Shown piece by piece: positions 16,869 to 28,199 of a stretch of DNA of 64,000 nt (positions within the stretch are counted from its first letter, which is position 1; each line of letters opens with the position of its first letter). This DNA is from Candidatus Marinacidobacterales bacterium. GTDB taxonomy: Bacteria > Acidobacteriota > Vicinamibacteria > Marinacidobacterales > DATDRI01. Made by a program: the position numbers and the translations under genes. Below the pieces are notes generated by a model. That model had not been told where the DNA came from. It ran no database searches and worked only from the letters and a program-made list of their open reading frames with translations. The DNA lies in the NCBI GenBank assembly GCA_965226495.1, contig OZ245365.1, forward strand, positions 416,001 through 480,000, written 5' to 3'.

Positions 16869-17077
16869 AGGTGGAAAAATTTCGTGACCTCGGTGAAGAA
16901 GAGCTGGAGGCGAAGGAAGGAGATCTCCGCGAGGAGATTTTTCGCGCACGCATTCAAAAAGCGACCGGCCAGCTGGATCAGACCGGCAAGGTGCGAGCCC
17001 TGCGCAAGGATCTAGCCCGCGTGAAGACGCTCCTGGTTGAAAGGAAGCGTGTTCAGGTGGTTCAGGAGTCCAAGTGA
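16865..17077 (+). CDS. rpmC: 50S ribosomal protein L29
   Basis: GTG start overlapping the rplP stop; ATGQL...[10 protein letters not shown]. Confidence 0.95.
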   Translation: MKVEKFRDLGEEELEAKEGDLREEIFRARIQKATGQLDQTGKVRALRKDLARVKTLLVERKRVQVVQESK

Positions 17078-17111
17078 CTTATCGAAGCAATAGCTGAGAG
17101 AGAGTGTCCGG

Positions 17112-17408
17112 ATGCCCAAGGTAAGCAAAGTTGGTATGGTGACTAGCAACAAGATGGATAAAACCGTCGTGGTGGCGGTGGAGCGGTTGGTTCGGCACCA
17201 TCTGTACAAACGAGCCTTCAAGAAGACCTCTACCTTCATGGCGCACGATGAGGAGAACCGATGTCGCATCGGTGACCGCGTCCGTATCGTGGAGAGTCAT
17301 CCTCTTTCCAAGCGAAAGCGTTGGAGGGTGACCGAGGTCATCCGCAGCTCCCCGGTCTATGAAGAGCCCGTGGAAACGGGCAACCAAAAGGCCTCCGCCG
17401 AGGGTTAG
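17112..17408 (+). CDS. rpsQ: 30S ribosomal protein S17
   Basis: [18 protein letters not shown]. Confidence 0.98.
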   Translation: MPKVSKVGMVTSNKMDKTVVVAVERLVRHHLYKRAFKKTSTFMAHDEENRCRIGDRVRIVESHPLSKRKRWRVTEVIRSSPVYEEPVETGNQKASAEG

Positions 17409-17478
17409 CCCTGGGATGGCCAGGTAGTAGCCAGTTGATAGTCAAGCTAAGTAGACGAATGGAAAGTCGAGTCTAATC

Positions 17479-17847
17479 ATGATCCAGATGCAAACCGTCC
17501 TCGAAGTTGCCGACAACTCGGGGGCCAAACGGATCGCTTGTATCCTCCCTCTGGGAGGGAGTGTGGGTAGAGTGGCTCACTTGGGCGATGTTATTACCGC
17601 TTCGGTCAAGGAGGCGACGCCGGAGAGCGCCGTCAAGAAGGGCACGGTGGTCAAGGCGGTTATCGTCAGGACTCGCAAGGAGCATCGTCGCCGAGATGGT
17701 TCTTATATTCGCTTCGACAAGAACGCAGCGGTCTTGATTAACGATCAAGGCGAGCCAATTGGAACGCGTGTCTTCGGGCCGGTGGCACGTGAGCTCAGGG
17801 AAAAGAAATTCATGAAAATCATTTCGTTGGCGCCAGAGGTTTTGTAA
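17479..17847 (+). CDS. rplN: 50S ribosomal protein L14
   Basis: [21 protein letters not shown]. Confidence 0.99.
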   Translation: MIQMQTVLEVADNSGAKRIACILPLGGSVGRVAHLGDVITASVKEATPESAVKKGTVVKAVIVRTRKEHRRRDGSYIRFDKNAAVLINDQGEPIGTRVFGPVARELREKKFMKIISLAPEVL

Positions 17848-17849
17848 TC

Positions 17850-18179
17850 GTGTCAGTCGCACTTCGTATTAGAAAGAACGATCAGGTCGTGGTGATCGCG
17901 GGCCGGGACCGGGGAAAAAAAGGCAAGGTTCTTCGGATGCTCCCCTCGCGGAACCGTGCGATCGTCGAGCGCATTAACATGATGAAACGCCATACCCGTC
18001 CCAATCCCCAGCAGAACATCAAGGGTGGCATGGTCGAGCGGGAGGCCTCCATTGAGGTGAGTAATCTCATGATCGTCTGCAGTGAGTGTGATCGGCCAAC
18101 CCGGTCTCGTCACAAGCTCCTCAGCGATGGACGCAAGGTACGAGTCTGCCACCAGTGCGAAGGGGTGATAGACAAATGA
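17850..18179 (+). CDS. rplX: 50S ribosomal protein L24
   Basis: KOW motif [15 protein letters not shown]; CxxC pairs. Confidence 0.98.
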   Translation: MSVALRIRKNDQVVVIAGRDRGKKGKVLRMLPSRNRAIVERINMMKRHTRPNPQQNIKGGMVEREASIEVSNLMIVCSECDRPTRSRHKLLSDGRKVRVCHQCEGVIDK

Positions 18180-18721
18180 GCCGCCTCCAAGAGCACTACA
18201 AAAAGTCGGTGGTTTCCCAGCTAAAGAAGGAGCTCGGGATCGAGAACGTTATGGCCGTCCCGCGCATGGAAAAGGTCGTCGTCAATATGGGCGTCGGAGA
18301 GGGAGCCCAGAACATCAAGCTGCTCGAAGCTGCCATGGACGAGCTGGGTCGCATCACCGGTCAAAAGCCTGAGTTGAGGCGAGCCAAGAAATCGATCGCG
18401 TCCTTCAAGATTCGTGAGGGTAACCCGGTGGGAACCAGCGTGACGCTTCGCAGTCACCGGATGTACGAGTTCATGGATCGACTTTTCAACATTGCCCTTC
18501 CCAGAGTGCGCGACTTCCGGGGCGTGCCGGTTCGGTCCTTCGACGGTCGTGGCAACTTCACGCTGGGACTGAAGGAACAGCTAATCTTTCCGGAAATCGA
18601 TTACTCCCGTGTGGATCGGACACGGGGCATGAATGTGACTTTTTGCACTACCGCCGGAGATGACCAAAGTGCTCGCAGGCTGCTAGAGCTTATGGGTATG
18701 CCGTTTCGGCGACAAACGTAA
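18176..18721 (+). CDS. rplE: 50S ribosomal protein L5
   Basis: [19 protein letters not shown]; ATG overlaps the rplX stop. Confidence 0.99.
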   Translation: MSRLQEHYKKSVVSQLKKELGIENVMAVPRMEKVVVNMGVGEGAQNIKLLEAAMDELGRITGQKPELRRAKKSIASFKIREGNPVGTSVTLRSHRMYEFMDRLFNIALPRVRDFRGVPVRSFDGRGNFTLGLKEQLIFPEIDYSRVDRTRGMNVTFCTTAGDDQSARRLLELMGMPFRRQT

Positions 18722-18736
18722 TCGGGGGAATTGAGC

Positions 18737-18922
18737 GTGGCGAAGAAATCATCAATAGCCAAGGCGCAGCGGACTCCTAAGTTCGCGGTGCGGCGTCATA
18801 GCCGTTGCCAGATCTGTGGGAGGGCACGTGCGTATCTACGAAAGTTCGCCATGTGTCGACTGTGCTTCCGCAAGCTCGCCTTGGAAGGGCAGATACCTGG
18901 CGTGATCAAGTCCAGCTGGTAG
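18737..18922 (+). CDS. rpsN: 30S ribosomal protein S14, Zn-binding (type Z)
   Basis: 61 aa; RCQICGR...CRLCFR; GTG start. Confidence 0.97.
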   Translation: MAKKSSIAKAQRTPKFAVRRHSRCQICGRARAYLRKFAMCRLCFRKLALEGQIPGVIKSSW

Positions 18923-18934
18923 GAGAAATTCAAT

Positions 18935-19330
18935 ATGATGACCGATCCGATTGCGGACATGCTGACCCGGATTCGTAATAGCCTGCGGGCACGTCAAGCT
19001 AAAGTCGACGTCCCGGGCTCCAAGCTCAAGCAGGAGCTCGCTAGGATTTTGAAGGAAGAAGGGTACATTCAGAATTACAAGTTTATGGAGAATCGACACC
19101 AAGGTGTGGTGCGGGTTTTCTTTCGCAAGGGCACCGGTGATGAAGAAGTGATTCAGGGGCTCGCGCGTGTCTCTAAGCCGGGCTGCCGGATTTATTGCAA
19201 CAAGGACGAAATCCCCAAGGTTCAAGGGGGGTTGGGTATCAACATCCTGTCCACGTCTCGCGGTCTCATGACCGGCAAGCAGGCGACGCGTGACGGTGTG
19301 GGCGGAGAAATTCTTTGCAACATATGGTGA
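18935..19330 (+). CDS. rpsH: 30S ribosomal protein S8
   Basis: [22 protein letters not shown]. Confidence 0.99.
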   Translation: MMTDPIADMLTRIRNSLRARQAKVDVPGSKLKQELARILKEEGYIQNYKFMENRHQGVVRVFFRKGTGDEEVIQGLARVSKPGCRIYCNKDEIPKVQGGLGINILSTSRGLMTGKQATRDGVGGEILCNIW

Positions 19331-19336
19331 TGTCTT

Positions 19337-19879
19337 ATGTCGCGTATCGGTCGTAAGCCCATTCCCATTCCCACCGGGGTAAAGGTGGCTCTCCACGAAG
19401 ATCGAGTCGAGGTGGAAGGGCCTAAGGGCAAGCTGGTTACCCGGCTGGCGAAGGGAGTGCGAATCGAACAGAGCGATGGGGAACTGCGCGCCGTTCCTGT
19501 CGAGGAATCGAAGGGCATTAGGCCGTTTTGGGGACTCACTCGCACTCTAGTGGCCAACGCCGTGCACGGCGTGACACAGGGTTTCTCGAAGGAGTTGGAC
19601 ATCGTGGGTATTGGTTACCGCGCGCAGGTGGAGGCCAAGAAGGTCTTGTTCAGTTTGGGCTACTCTCACCCCATCGAGTTCGAAATCCCTGCCGGCATCT
19701 CGGTCGACATCGAGAAACAAACCCGAATAACGGTGTCCGGTGTCGACAAGCAACAGGTCGGACAGGTCGCGGCCCGCATCCGCGACCTCCGGAAACCGGA
19801 TCCCTACAAGCAGAAGGGCATTCGCTATGTGGGCGAGGTACTCAAGAAGAAGGCGGGCAAGACGGGAGCCGCTACCTAG
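19337..19879 (+). CDS. rplF: 50S ribosomal protein L6
   Basis: [20 protein letters not shown]. Confidence 0.99.
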   Translation: MSRIGRKPIPIPTGVKVALHEDRVEVEGPKGKLVTRLAKGVRIEQSDGELRAVPVEESKGIRPFWGLTRTLVANAVHGVTQGFSKELDIVGIGYRAQVEAKKVLFSLGYSHPIEFEIPAGISVDIEKQTRITVSGVDKQQVGQVAARIRDLRKPDPYKQKGIRYVGEVLKKKAGKTGAAT

Positions 19880-19886
19880 GCTGCTC

Positions 19887-19915
19887 AGCCTACATAGCCT
19901 ACATAGCCTACATAG
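19887..19915 (+). repeat. 9-bp tandem repeat (AGCCTACAT x3)
   Basis: Three perfect copies in the rplF-rplR spacer, abutting the rplR RBS. Confidence 0.9.
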
Positions 19916-19925
19916 GAAGAGTCTT

Positions 19926-20285
19926 ATGAAAGTTCGGACCAGAGAGCAGGCGCGACAGCGCATTAAGTATCGAATTCGTCGCAAGCTTTCCGGCACGGCG
20001 GAGCGGCCGCGCCTTTGCGTCTATCGAAGCCTGAAGCACATCTACGCGCAGGTCGTGGATGATGCGACGGGGCGAACTCTGGTGTCTGCCAGCAGCTTGG
20101 AGAAGGATTTCTCCGGCAAAGTGGGTCAGAACCAGCAGGCGGCCACAGAGATCGGAAAGCTCGTCGCGGAACGCAGTAAGGAAAAAGGAATCGAGCAAGT
20201 GGTGTTCGACCGCAACGGGTTCAGATATCACGGCAGGGTAAAGACATTGGCAGACGCAGCGCGCGAGGGCGGGCTTAAGTTCTAA
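19926..20285 (+). CDS. rplR: 50S ribosomal protein L18
   Basis: [23 protein letters not shown]; ATG at 19926. Confidence 0.98.
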   Translation: MKVRTREQARQRIKYRIRRKLSGTAERPRLCVYRSLKHIYAQVVDDATGRTLVSASSLEKDFSGKVGQNQQAATEIGKLVAERSKEKGIEQVVFDRNGFRYHGRVKTLADAAREGGLKF

Positions 20286-20314
20286 CCATTCTAGCTTTAG
20301 GGCTAAGGAGCTTC

Positions 20315-20824
20315 ATGCGATTACGACGGAAGATCGACTCGAGTTCGTTAGAGCTCAAGGACCAGGTTGTCAACATCAATCGAGTCACCAAGGTCGTCAA
20401 GGGTGGTAAGAACCTATCGTTCAGTGCCTTGGTCGTTGTCGGAGATGGAGCTGGGCACGTCGGTTTCGGCATGGGTAAGGCGAAGGAAGTTCCGTCCGCG
20501 ATTCGAAAAGGGATAGAGATCGCCAAGAAGAATCTCATTCGTGTACCGCTCTCCGGATCTACGATTCCACACCTGGTCATCGGGCGGTACGGCGCGGGCC
20601 GCGTGCTCCTAAAGCCGGCTCCCGAAGGTACGGGGGTGATCGCGGGCGGAGCAGTGCGTGCGGTAGTCGAGTCGGCGGGAATTAGGGACATTCTTACAAA
20701 GTCATTGGGAACGGCGAATCCTCACAACGTTGTGAAGGCGACGTTGCAAGGACTCATCGAGCTCCGAGACCCGGTAGTGGTCGCCCGCTTGAGGGGTAAG
20801 GAGCTTTCCGAGGTAACAGGATAG
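20315..20824 (+). CDS. rpsE: 30S ribosomal protein S5
   Basis: [17 protein letters not shown]. Confidence 0.99.
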   Translation: MRLRRKIDSSSLELKDQVVNINRVTKVVKGGKNLSFSALVVVGDGAGHVGFGMGKAKEVPSAIRKGIEIAKKNLIRVPLSGSTIPHLVIGRYGAGRVLLKPAPEGTGVIAGGAVRAVVESAGIRDILTKSLGTANPHNVVKATLQGLIELRDPVVVARLRGKELSEVTG

Positions 20825-20847
20825 GTGATGGCAGAGCCTGCCAGAAG

Positions 20848-21246
20848 ATGACGAAGAAGACAACGAAGGAGTCGCCGAGCAGCAACGCGGAGGTGCCCGC
20901 TAAGCCTGCTAAGCCTGCTAAAAAGGCTAAGCCTGCTAAGGAAAAGGCTGCTACAACTGCCAAGTCTGTCCCTGGCAGTAAAGTTGCCCCTGCTGCTAAA
21001 GCCGTTAAAGAGGTCAAGCCCACCGACGAAGCCGGCCCTGCGGTCTCGGCTAGGAAGACGGTGGCCGCTTCGGGGGTTTTCCAGATCAAGCTGGTGCGCA
21101 GTCTGATCGGTAGCTCCCCCCATCAGAGGGCGGTGGTCGCGGGATTGGGGCTTCGCCGCATCAACCAGATTGTGACACGACAAGACACGCGAGAGATTCG
21201 AGGAATGGTGGCCAAGGTGGCCCATCTAGTGAACGTTCTCGCCTGA
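20848..21246 (+). CDS. rpmD: 50S ribosomal protein L30 with ~75-aa Pro/Ala/Lys N-terminal extension
   Basis: C-terminal L30 core IKLVRSLIG...LGLRRINQ...[12 protein letters not shown]; position between rpsE and rplO; start uncertain (possibly 20828). Confidence 0.93.
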   Translation: MTKKTTKESPSSNAEVPAKPAKPAKKAKPAKEKAATTAKSVPGSKVAPAAKAVKEVKPTDEAGPAVSARKTVAASGVFQIKLVRSLIGSSPHQRAVVAGLGLRRINQIVTRQDTREIRGMVAKVAHLVNVLA

Positions 21247-21254
21247 GGTTCGAA

Positions 21255-21701
21255 ATGGGTTTGGAATCGCTGAAACCAGCTCGCGGAGCGGTGAAAAACA
21301 AAAAGAGGATTGGCCGTGGTCCCGGCTCCGGTTGGGGCAAGACGGCCGGCCGCGGCCACAAGGGCGCGAAGTCTCGCTCCGGCTACTCGAGACGCTACGG
21401 ATTCGAGGGAGGCCAGATGCCCCTTATCCGACGCCTCCCCAAGCGCGGTTTCGTCAACAACTTTGCCAAGGAGCTGGCTACGGTCAACGTTCGCGACCTG
21501 GAGCGATTCCCGGAAGGAACAGTCGTGACGCCTGAGCTTCTGCAGACCACCGGGCTCATCCGAAAGTTGGGCGATGGGCTCAAGGTATTGGGCGACGGTG
21601 AATTAAAGAAGAACCTCGTCGTTCAAGCTCATCGGTTCAGCGCCACTGCGATCGCCAAGATCGAAGCCGCCGGAGGTAGGGCGGAGGTTTTGCCTACGTG
21701 A
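21255..21701 (+). CDS. rplO: 50S ribosomal protein L15
   Basis: [23 protein letters not shown]. Confidence 0.99.
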   Translation: MGLESLKPARGAVKNKKRIGRGPGSGWGKTAGRGHKGAKSRSGYSRRYGFEGGQMPLIRRLPKRGFVNNFAKELATVNVRDLERFPEGTVVTPELLQTTGLIRKLGDGLKVLGDGELKKNLVVQAHRFSATAIAKIEAAGGRAEVLPT

Positions 21702-23083
21702 TTGAGAGCCTCAAGAACATCTTTCGCATCCCCGATTTGAGGAATCGGGTGTTGTTTACCTTGGCGATGCTAGCCGTTTATCGCCTCGGTAATCACGTGC
21801 CCACTCCCGGCGTCGATGCGAGGGCTCTCACGGATTTTTTCGAGCAGAACCGGGCCACTTGGTTCGGCTTCGTGGACATGTTCTCCGGAGGCAATCTTTC
21901 CAAGGTCACGGTGTTCGCCCTTGGGATCATGCCCTACATCAGTGCCTCGATCATCCTGCAGCTATTGACAGTGGTGTGGCCCTACTTGGAGAAACTCTCC
22001 AAGGAGGGTGAGTTGGGGCGAAGGAAAATAACTCAGTACACGCGGTACGGGACGGTCTTGTTGAGTGTGATCCAGTCGGCGGGCATCGCCGCCTTCCTGC
22101 AAAAGACGACGTTGACCGGAGGGATTACCTTGGTCAGCAATCCCGGCCTGGGCTTCACGCTCATGACGGTGTTGACGCTGACCGCAGGCACGGTGTTCAT
22201 CATGTGGCTGGGGGAGCAAATCACCGAACGCGGCGTCGGCAATGGAATGTCTTTGTTGATCTTTGCCGGGATCGTCGTGGGTTTTCCATCCGCCATAGTG
22301 ACCACCGTTCGCAACCTGCAGACCGGGCAGCAATCGATCCTCGTGGTGTTGCTCCTATCGGCTTTTATGGTCGTTGTGGTAGCAGCCATTGTTTTTGTAG
22401 AACGTGGGCAGCGGAGGATTCCCGTCCAATATGCCAAACGGGTCGTGGGAAGGAAGATGTATCAGGGGCAGTCGACGCACTTGCCGCTTCGCGTCAATAC
22501 CGGCGGAGTCATCCCGGTCATTTTCGCCAGCTCGATCATCGCTTTGCCGCAAACCTTTGCTTCGATGTTTCCGAGCAGTCCCTGGATGATAAATATCGCC
22601 CAGCAGCTGGCTTGGGGCATGCCGCTCTATACGCTCCTGTATGTTACGGCGATCATATTCTTTTGTTACTTTTACACCGCCATCATCTTCAACCCGAACG
22701 ACGTGGCCGATAACATGCGGAAATATGGCGGCTACATACCAGGAATAAGACCCGGGAAACGTACCGCGGAGTATATTGATTCGATCCTGACGCGACTGAC
22801 TCTAGGTGGCGCTATCTATTTGGCTGCGGTGGCCGTCTTGCCGGAGTTCTTGCTGGCAGGGTTCAAGGTCGCTCCCTTGCCCTTGATCGGGCCGTTTCTC
22901 GACTCGATTCTTCCGACTTTTGTGACGGAAGGACTGAACGTGACGTTCTATTTCGGGGGCACTTCGCTGCTCATCGTGGTGGGCGTCGCCATGGACACCG
23001 TTCAGCAGATAGAAAGTCAGCTGATCATGCGTCACTACGACGGCTTCATGAAGCGAGGGCGCGTCCGGGGAAGGCGGGGATAG
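21698..23083 (+). CDS. secY: Preprotein translocase SecY
   Basis: [39 protein letters not shown]. Confidence 0.99.
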   Translation: MIESLKNIFRIPDLRNRVLFTLAMLAVYRLGNHVPTPGVDARALTDFFEQNRATWFGFVDMFSGGNLSKVTVFALGIMPYISASIILQLLTVVWPYLEKLSKEGELGRRKITQYTRYGTVLLSVIQSAGIAAFLQKTTLTGGITLVSNPGLGFTLMTVLTLTAGTVFIMWLGEQITERGVGNGMSLLIFAGIVVGFPSAIVTTVRNLQTGQQSILVVLLLSAFMVVVVAAIVFVERGQRRIPVQYAKRVVGRKMYQGQSTHLPLRVNTGGVIPVIFASSIIALPQTFASMFPSSPWMINIAQQLAWGMPLYTLLYVTAIIFFCYFYTAIIFNPNDVADNMRKYGGYIPGIRPGKRTAEYIDSILTRLTLGGAIYLAAVAVLPEFLLAGFKVAPLPLIGPFLDSILPTFVTEGLNVTFYFGGTSLLIVVGVAMDTVQQIESQLIMRHYDGFMKRGRVRGRRG

Positions 23084-23087
23084 GGCC

Positions 23088-23753
23088 ATGCTGCGGCTGA
23101 TCCTCTTGGGGCCCCCGGGTGCGGGCAAGGGAACGCAAGCGGAAAGACTTTCTGAAGAATTGAAGGTGCCCCGTATCTCGACCGGAGACATCCTGCGGCA
23201 GGCGGTTGCCGATGGGACGAGGCTCGGGCTCGAGGCGAAAAAGGTCATGGAGGCCGGTCAACTCGTGAGCGACGAAATCATGCTGGGCATTATCCGAGAG
23301 CGATTGGCCCAGTCCGACGCGGCGAGGGGTTACATTTTGGACGGTTATCCGCGAACGCTTCCGCAGGCACGCTCGCTCGACGAGCTTATGGGGGAACATC
23401 CAGATCCGGCGGTGGTGGTGGCTAACATCAGCGTGGATGACGAGGAACTGGTTCGGCGCATCTCCGGCCGCCGGAGTTGTCCGAACTGCAAGGCGGTTTT
23501 CAATGTACATCTACATCCTCCGCAGAAGCCAGACGTTTGCGATGCTTGTGGGCAGGGGCTGGTGCAACGAGCGGACGACGAAGAGGATACGGTGCCGGAG
23601 CGCCTGGCTGTCTACGATCGTCAGACCAGGCCTTTGTTGGACTATTACGGAGATCGTGTGGCGAACGTCGATGGCCAGGGCAATCCACAAACTGTGTTCG
23701 AACGGCTCTCCTCCGTATTGGGGCAGAAGACTGGGGAGCGTGGGAACCCATGA
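23088..23753 (+). CDS. adk: Adenylate kinase (Zn lid)
   Basis: GPPGAGKGTQ, LDGYPRT, CxxC...CxxC lid. Confidence 0.98.
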   Translation: MLRLILLGPPGAGKGTQAERLSEELKVPRISTGDILRQAVADGTRLGLEAKKVMEAGQLVSDEIMLGIIRERLAQSDAARGYILDGYPRTLPQARSLDELMGEHPDPAVVVANISVDDEELVRRISGRRSCPNCKAVFNVHLHPPQKPDVCDACGQGLVQRADDEEDTVPERLAVYDRQTRPLLDYYGDRVANVDGQGNPQTVFERLSSVLGQKTGERGNP

Positions 23754-24523
23754 TCGTCCGTCGATCCGAGAAAGAGCTGGAGAAGATGCACCGGGCGAAT
23801 GCACTGGTGGTCAGCGTCCTCGAGGAATTGACGGAGTCGTTGGAGCCGGGCATCAGTACCGAAGACTTGGATCGCCAGGCTGAAAAGAGCATCCGTAAGG
23901 CAGGCGCCGAGCCGGCCTTCAAGGGCTATCGCGGCTTCCCCGCGACCTTGTGTGTCTCGATCAACGACGAGGTGGTGCATGGCATTCCCTCGTCGGAACG
24001 AGTGATCAAGGATGGCGATTTGGTAAGCCTGGATTTGGGCACTATAGTGGAGGGTCTCTATGGGGACGGCGCGGTGACCGTCGCGGTGGGAGAGGTTTCG
24101 GAGTCCCTCCGGAAGCTTCTCGAGGTAACCGAGGCCGCGCTCTACAAGGGTATCGAAGCCATGCGGGTCGGTAACCGGATTTCCGACATCGGCCACGCAG
24201 TCCAAAGTTACGTCGAGAGCCAAGGGCTCTCGGTAGTACGGGATTTCGTCGGCCATGGCATCGGAACCTCGCTTCATGAGGATCCGCAGGTTCCTAACTA
24301 TGGAGAGCCCGGAAAAGGGCCGCGGTTGCTCCCGGGGATGGCTCTGGCGATCGAGCCTATGGTCAACGTAGGGGCACACTTCGTCAAGACGCTGTCGGAC
24401 AATTGGACGGTGGTGACGATGGACGGCAGCCATTCGGCCCACTTCGAGCGATCGGTGGCCGTTACCGAGAATGGCCCGTGGGTTTTGAGTGGGCCCAATC
24501 CTGGAGGGGGCAACGGTGTCTAA
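23750..24523 (+). CDS. map: Methionine aminopeptidase type I
   Basis: [30 protein letters not shown]; ATG at 23750. Confidence 0.98.
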   Translation: MIVRRSEKELEKMHRANALVVSVLEELTESLEPGISTEDLDRQAEKSIRKAGAEPAFKGYRGFPATLCVSINDEVVHGIPSSERVIKDGDLVSLDLGTIVEGLYGDGAVTVAVGEVSESLRKLLEVTEAALYKGIEAMRVGNRISDIGHAVQSYVESQGLSVVRDFVGHGIGTSLHEDPQVPNYGEPGKGPRLLPGMALAIEPMVNVGAHFVKTLSDNWTVVTMDGSHSAHFERSVAVTENGPWVLSGPNPGGGNGV

Positions 24524-24734
24524 AGAGGACGCGATCGAGGTCGTGGCCACGGTGTTAGAACCGCTGCCCAACGCTATGTTCAAAGTAGAGCTCGAGAACA
24601 AGCACAAAGTGCTAGCCCACGTCTCAGGCAAGATGAGACGGCATTTCATCCGGATTCTGCCAGGGGATAAGGTTTTGGTGGAGCTTTCTCCCTATGACCT
24701 CACCCGCGGCAGAATCGTTTATCGGTACAAATAG
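24516..24734 (+). CDS. infA: Translation initiation factor IF-1
   Basis: [22 protein letters not shown]; GTG start. Confidence 0.98.
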   Translation: MSKEDAIEVVATVLEPLPNAMFKVELENKHKVLAHVSGKMRRHFIRILPGDKVLVELSPYDLTRGRIVYRYK

Positions 24735-24742
24735 GAACGGGA

Positions 24743-24856
24743 ATGAAAGTTAGAGCATCAGTCAAACGCATGTGCGACAAATGCAAGGTCATTCGGCGCC
24801 GGGGAGTGGTGCGCGTTATTTGCACGAATCCCAAGCACAAACAGCGTCAGGGATAG
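24743..24856 (+). CDS. rpmJ: 50S ribosomal protein L36 (absent from ORF track)
   Basis: Manual translation [37 protein letters not shown]. Confidence 0.98.
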   Translation: MKVRASVKRMCDKCKVIRRRGVVRVICTNPKHKQRQG

Positions 24857-24868
24857 GAGAAGAGAATC

Positions 24869-25243
24869 GTGGCACGAATCGCGGGTGTGGATTTACCACG
24901 CAATAAGCGCGTTGAGATTGGTCTGACCTACATCTATGGCATCGGGCGGATCAGGTCGAAACGGATTCTGGATGAGGCGGGCATCGGTGGCGAGATCCGG
25001 GTTCAGGATCTCTCCGAAGAGGAAGTGAGCCGGATCAGCAAAGTAATCGATGCCGCCGGCGGAGTGGAAGGAGATCTGCGCCAGGAGATCTCCATGAACA
25101 TCAAGCGGCTCATGGACATCGGCTCCTACCGGGGCTTCCGGCATCGTCGCAGCCTCCCCGTTCGCGGACAGCGGACCCACACCAACGCCAGGACCCGGAG
25201 AGGGCCTCGCAAGGGCACGATGAGAAGGACACCGACGAGGTAA
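24869..25243 (+). CDS. rpsM: 30S ribosomal protein S13
   Basis: [25 protein letters not shown]. Confidence 0.99.
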   Translation: MARIAGVDLPRNKRVEIGLTYIYGIGRIRSKRILDEAGIGGEIRVQDLSEEEVSRISKVIDAAGGVEGDLRQEISMNIKRLMDIGSYRGFRHRRSLPVRGQRTHTNARTRRGPRKGTMRRTPTR

Positions 25244-25247
25244 TTGC

Positions 25248-25661
25248 ATGGCGAAGAAGAAAGAAACAGACAAGAAGGGCAAGCGCAAGGCGTACAAGAA
25301 GAAGGAAAAGAAGACCCTCTACCAGGGTGTCGCCCATATCCGGGCGAGCTTCAACAACACGCTGATCACGATTACCGACCAACAGGGGAATCTCGTATGT
25401 TGGTCGAGCGCTGGATCTATGGGATTCAAAGGTTCCCGCAAGGGTACGCCCTTCGCCGCTCAGCAAGCGGCCCAATCCGCGGCCAACGCCGCCCGTTCAC
25501 TCGGCTGCAAACAGCTCGACGTGCGAGTCAAAGGGCCTGGCTCGGGCCGCGAATCCGCGATTCGGGCACTCCAGGCGGCGGGAATAGACGTGCGGTCGAT
25601 TCGCGACGTGACGCCTATTCCTCACAACGGTTGTCGGCCTCCAAAGAGGCGGAGAGTTTAG
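25248..25661 (+). CDS. rpsK: 30S ribosomal protein S11
   Basis: [29 protein letters not shown]. Confidence 0.99.
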   Translation: MAKKKETDKKGKRKAYKKKEKKTLYQGVAHIRASFNNTLITITDQQGNLVCWSSAGSMGFKGSRKGTPFAAQQAAQSAANAARSLGCKQLDVRVKGPGSGRESAIRALQAAGIDVRSIRDVTPIPHNGCRPPKRRRV

Positions 25662-25703
25662 CGATGTCGCAGCAGTGCGACGAGAGGACACGGAGGTAGT
25701 CTC

Positions 25704-26333
25704 TTGGCAAGGTATCGAGGCCCAGTTTGCAGGCTCTGCCGGCGGGAAGGCACGAAGCTCTTCCTCAAGGGGGAGCGATGTTTCACGGAAAAGTGCGCCA
25801 TCGAGAAGCGCAACTTTGCGCCCGGTCAGCATGGGAAGAGCCGTCGAGCCAGAATTCAGGGCTACGGCTTGCAGCTCAGAGAAAAGCAGAAGGTGAAGAG
25901 GATCTTCGGCTTGCTCGAGAAGCAGTTTCGTAACTACTTCGAGCGAGCCGAGCGTCAACGTGGAATTACCGGCGAAATCCTGCTGCAGTTACTCGAGCGC
26001 CGGCTCGACAACGCCGTCTATCGACTGGGGTTTGCCAGCTCGCGCGCTCAGGCCCGATTGTTGGTTTGCCACGGGCACGTACGGGTGGGCGAGCGGCGGG
26101 TCGACATTCCATCCTACATACTACGGCCGGGTGAGGTTATGACGGTTAGTCAGAAGTACAGCAAGAACCCTCAATTCCAACAGTCGCTGGAAGCGGCAAA
26201 GAGTCGAGGGACGCCACCTTGGTTGGAACTAGCTGAGGATCAAACGTCTGGGAGGGTTATCTCTCTCCCCAAGCGGGAGGACGTCGGTCTGCCGGTGCAA
26301 GAGCAGCTCGTCGTCGAGCTTTACTCGAAATAG
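25704..26333 (+). CDS. rpsD: 30S ribosomal protein S4
   Basis: CRLCRREG, LERRLDNAVYRLG; TTG start. Confidence 0.99.
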   Translation: MARYRGPVCRLCRREGTKLFLKGERCFTEKCAIEKRNFAPGQHGKSRRARIQGYGLQLREKQKVKRIFGLLEKQFRNYFERAERQRGITGEILLQLLERRLDNAVYRLGFASSRAQARLLVCHGHVRVGERRVDIPSYILRPGEVMTVSQKYSKNPQFQQSLEAAKSRGTPPWLELAEDQTSGRVISLPKREDVGLPVQEQLVVELYSK

Positions 26334-26353
26334 GTCTAGAGAAGGAGTTTTAG

Positions 26354-27310
26354 ATGCACTGGAAGGGATTTCAAAAGCCCAAGCGGCTCGAAGTAGATCG
26401 CGAAACACTGACCGAGCGATATGGTCGATTCTACGCACAACCATTCGAACGGGGATTCGGCACCACCGTTGGCAACGCGCTCCGGCGTGTTCTTTTGTCA
26501 TCGATCGAAGGCGCCGCAATAACCGCAGTCAAGATCGAGGGAGTCCTCCACGAGTTCTCCCCCATTCCCGGCGCCTTGGAGGATGCAACGGGAATCGTCC
26601 TGAATCTCAAGCAGATTCCCTTTAAACTCCACACGCCCGGCCCCAAGACGATTTATCTAAAGGCCGAGGGGGAGGGGCAAGTGAAGGCGGGGGACATCGA
26701 AGTGGACTCCGATGTGGAGATTCTCGACCCGGACGTTCACGTCGCGAGTCTAGCCGGCGGCGCCAAGCTCAACGTGGAGATGCGCCTCAAGACCGGACGC
26801 GGTTATGTGCCGGCCGACAGGAACTTCGACGAGGACCTTTCGATCGGTTACATCCCGATCGACTCAGTTCATTCGCCGGTGAAGAAGGTCAACTTCCTCG
26901 TTGAAGCTGCCCGTGTCGGCCAGGCGACCGACTATGACAAATTGACGCTCGACGTGTGGACGAATGGTTGCATAAGTTCACCGGAGGCCATCGGACTCGC
27001 CGCGAAGCTACTCAAGGATCATCTGTCGATCTTCGTGAATTTTGAGGAGGAAGGCCCGATAGACGAGGTATTGGTCGACCGCGATCGCGAGACGCTCAAC
27101 GAGAATCTTAACCGCAGCGTCGACGAGCTGGAACTCTCGGTTCGTTCCTACAACTGCCTGAAGAACGCGAACATTCAGACCCTCGGCGAGCTGGTACAGA
27201 AGTCTGAGTCCGAGATGCTGAAGACCAAGAACTTCGGGCGGAAGTCGCTCAACGAGATCAAGGAGATCCTCACCACGATGGGTCTTTCGCTGGGGATGAG
27301 AGTGGAATAG
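26354..27310 (+). CDS. rpoA: RNA polymerase alpha subunit
   Basis: [30 protein letters not shown]. Confidence 0.99.
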   Translation: MHWKGFQKPKRLEVDRETLTERYGRFYAQPFERGFGTTVGNALRRVLLSSIEGAAITAVKIEGVLHEFSPIPGALEDATGIVLNLKQIPFKLHTPGPKTIYLKAEGEGQVKAGDIEVDSDVEILDPDVHVASLAGGAKLNVEMRLKTGRGYVPADRNFDEDLSIGYIPIDSVHSPVKKVNFLVEAARVGQATDYDKLTLDVWTNGCISSPEAIGLAAKLLKDHLSIFVNFEEEGPIDEVLVDRDRETLNENLNRSVDELELSVRSYNCLKNANIQTLGELVQKSESEMLKTKNFGRKSLNEIKEILTTMGLSLGMRVE

Positions 27311-27903
27311 TGAGACACCGAGTAGCCCACCGTAAGTTAGGCCGCACGACGGAGCACCGGATAAGTCTGCTCCGCAATCTGGCGGCATCGCTCTTCATCC
27401 ACGAGCGTATCCGGACGACCTTGGCCAAGGCCAAGGAGCTTCGGCCCTTTGCGGAACGGCTTATCACTCTCAGCAAGAAGGACTCGCTTCATGCCCGCCG
27501 CCGGGCGCTTAGCATCATGGTGCACAAGGAGGCGGTCGCCAAGCTCTTTCGGGATCTGTCGGCGCGTTTTGCAGATCGCCCGGGAGGCTACACACGCATC
27601 TTGAAGCTCGGCCCTCGCAAGGGAGATGGTGCCCCGATGGCTTTCATCGAGCTCGTCGACTTCGCCTTCACTAAGGAGGCCTCTTCGAAGAAAGAAAAGG
27701 CCAAGGCGAAGCCGAAGGTTGATGAAGAGCCCGAGTCGGAGACCGCGCCCGAGGCCTCAGACGCCGAGGAAGAAGCTTCTGCGGCTCCCAAGAAGAAGAG
27801 TAAGAAGACCGGAGCCAAGAGGAAGACCGCACCGAAGAAGAAAGCCGCTTCCGATCCCGGGAAGAAGAAAGCTAGTAAGAAGAAGTCTAAGAAGAAGAGC
27901 TAG
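27310..27903 (+). CDS. rplQ: 50S ribosomal protein L17 with Lys/Ala/Glu-rich C-terminal tail
   Basis: [22 protein letters not shown]; ~80-aa low-complexity tail. Confidence 0.98.
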   Translation: MRHRVAHRKLGRTTEHRISLLRNLAASLFIHERIRTTLAKAKELRPFAERLITLSKKDSLHARRRALSIMVHKEAVAKLFRDLSARFADRPGGYTRILKLGPRKGDGAPMAFIELVDFAFTKEASSKKEKAKAKPKVDEEPESETAPEASDAEEEASAAPKKKSKKTGAKRKTAPKKKAASDPGKKKASKKKSKKKS

Positions 27904-27933
27904 TTAACCCACTAGCCCCGAAATTCATTAGTC

Positions 27934-27958
27934 CGAGCCCGGCTTCTCGCCGGGCTCG
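27934..27958 (+). terminator. GC-rich hairpin downstream of rplQ
   Basis: CGAGCCCGGC-ttctc-GCCGGGCTCG 10-bp stem; no U-tract, so it may be a REP or stability hairpin. Confidence 0.4.
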
Positions 27959-28098
27959 CGGGGACCCCGCCACTGCCAGAAATCAATTAGTTGCCTGGGG
28001 CCCCACCCGCAGGTGTGATCTTGCCGGCATCTATCTCCGCTCGCGGGGACCCCACCCCCGCCAGAAATCAATTAGTCGCCTAGGGCCCCACCCCCAGG
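27954..28098. repeat. Two 60-bp direct repeats, each carrying a GGGCCCCACCC hairpin (REP-like)
   Basis: 27954-28013 vs 28039-28098, 54/60 identical. Confidence 0.85.
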
Positions 28099-28181
28099 CG
28101 CGGCTCTCGCTCTTCGCTCGAGCCGAAAACCCGGCCAGGTTCCCTTGGCCGCTTGTTTCGTTTGCCAATTCCTCCTGGCCG

Positions 28182-28199
28182 ACGGCCCTTACGGGCCGT
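28182..28199. terminator. Hairpin between convergent rplQ and EF-G paralogue
   Basis: ACGGCCC-ttac-GGGCCGT followed by a T-rich tract on +. Confidence 0.45.

Noticed and set aside
23645-24649. 334-aa antisense ORF and similar long shadow ORFs (e.g. 16134-16949, 40068-40949, 56114-56830)
   Set aside because: They lie opposite well-conserved genes in GC-rich DNA and have no recognisable motifs.
27954-28098. 60-bp direct repeats as CRISPR or tRNA
   Set aside because: Two imperfect copies, no cloverleaf or T-loop motif; they match the dispersed REP-like family.
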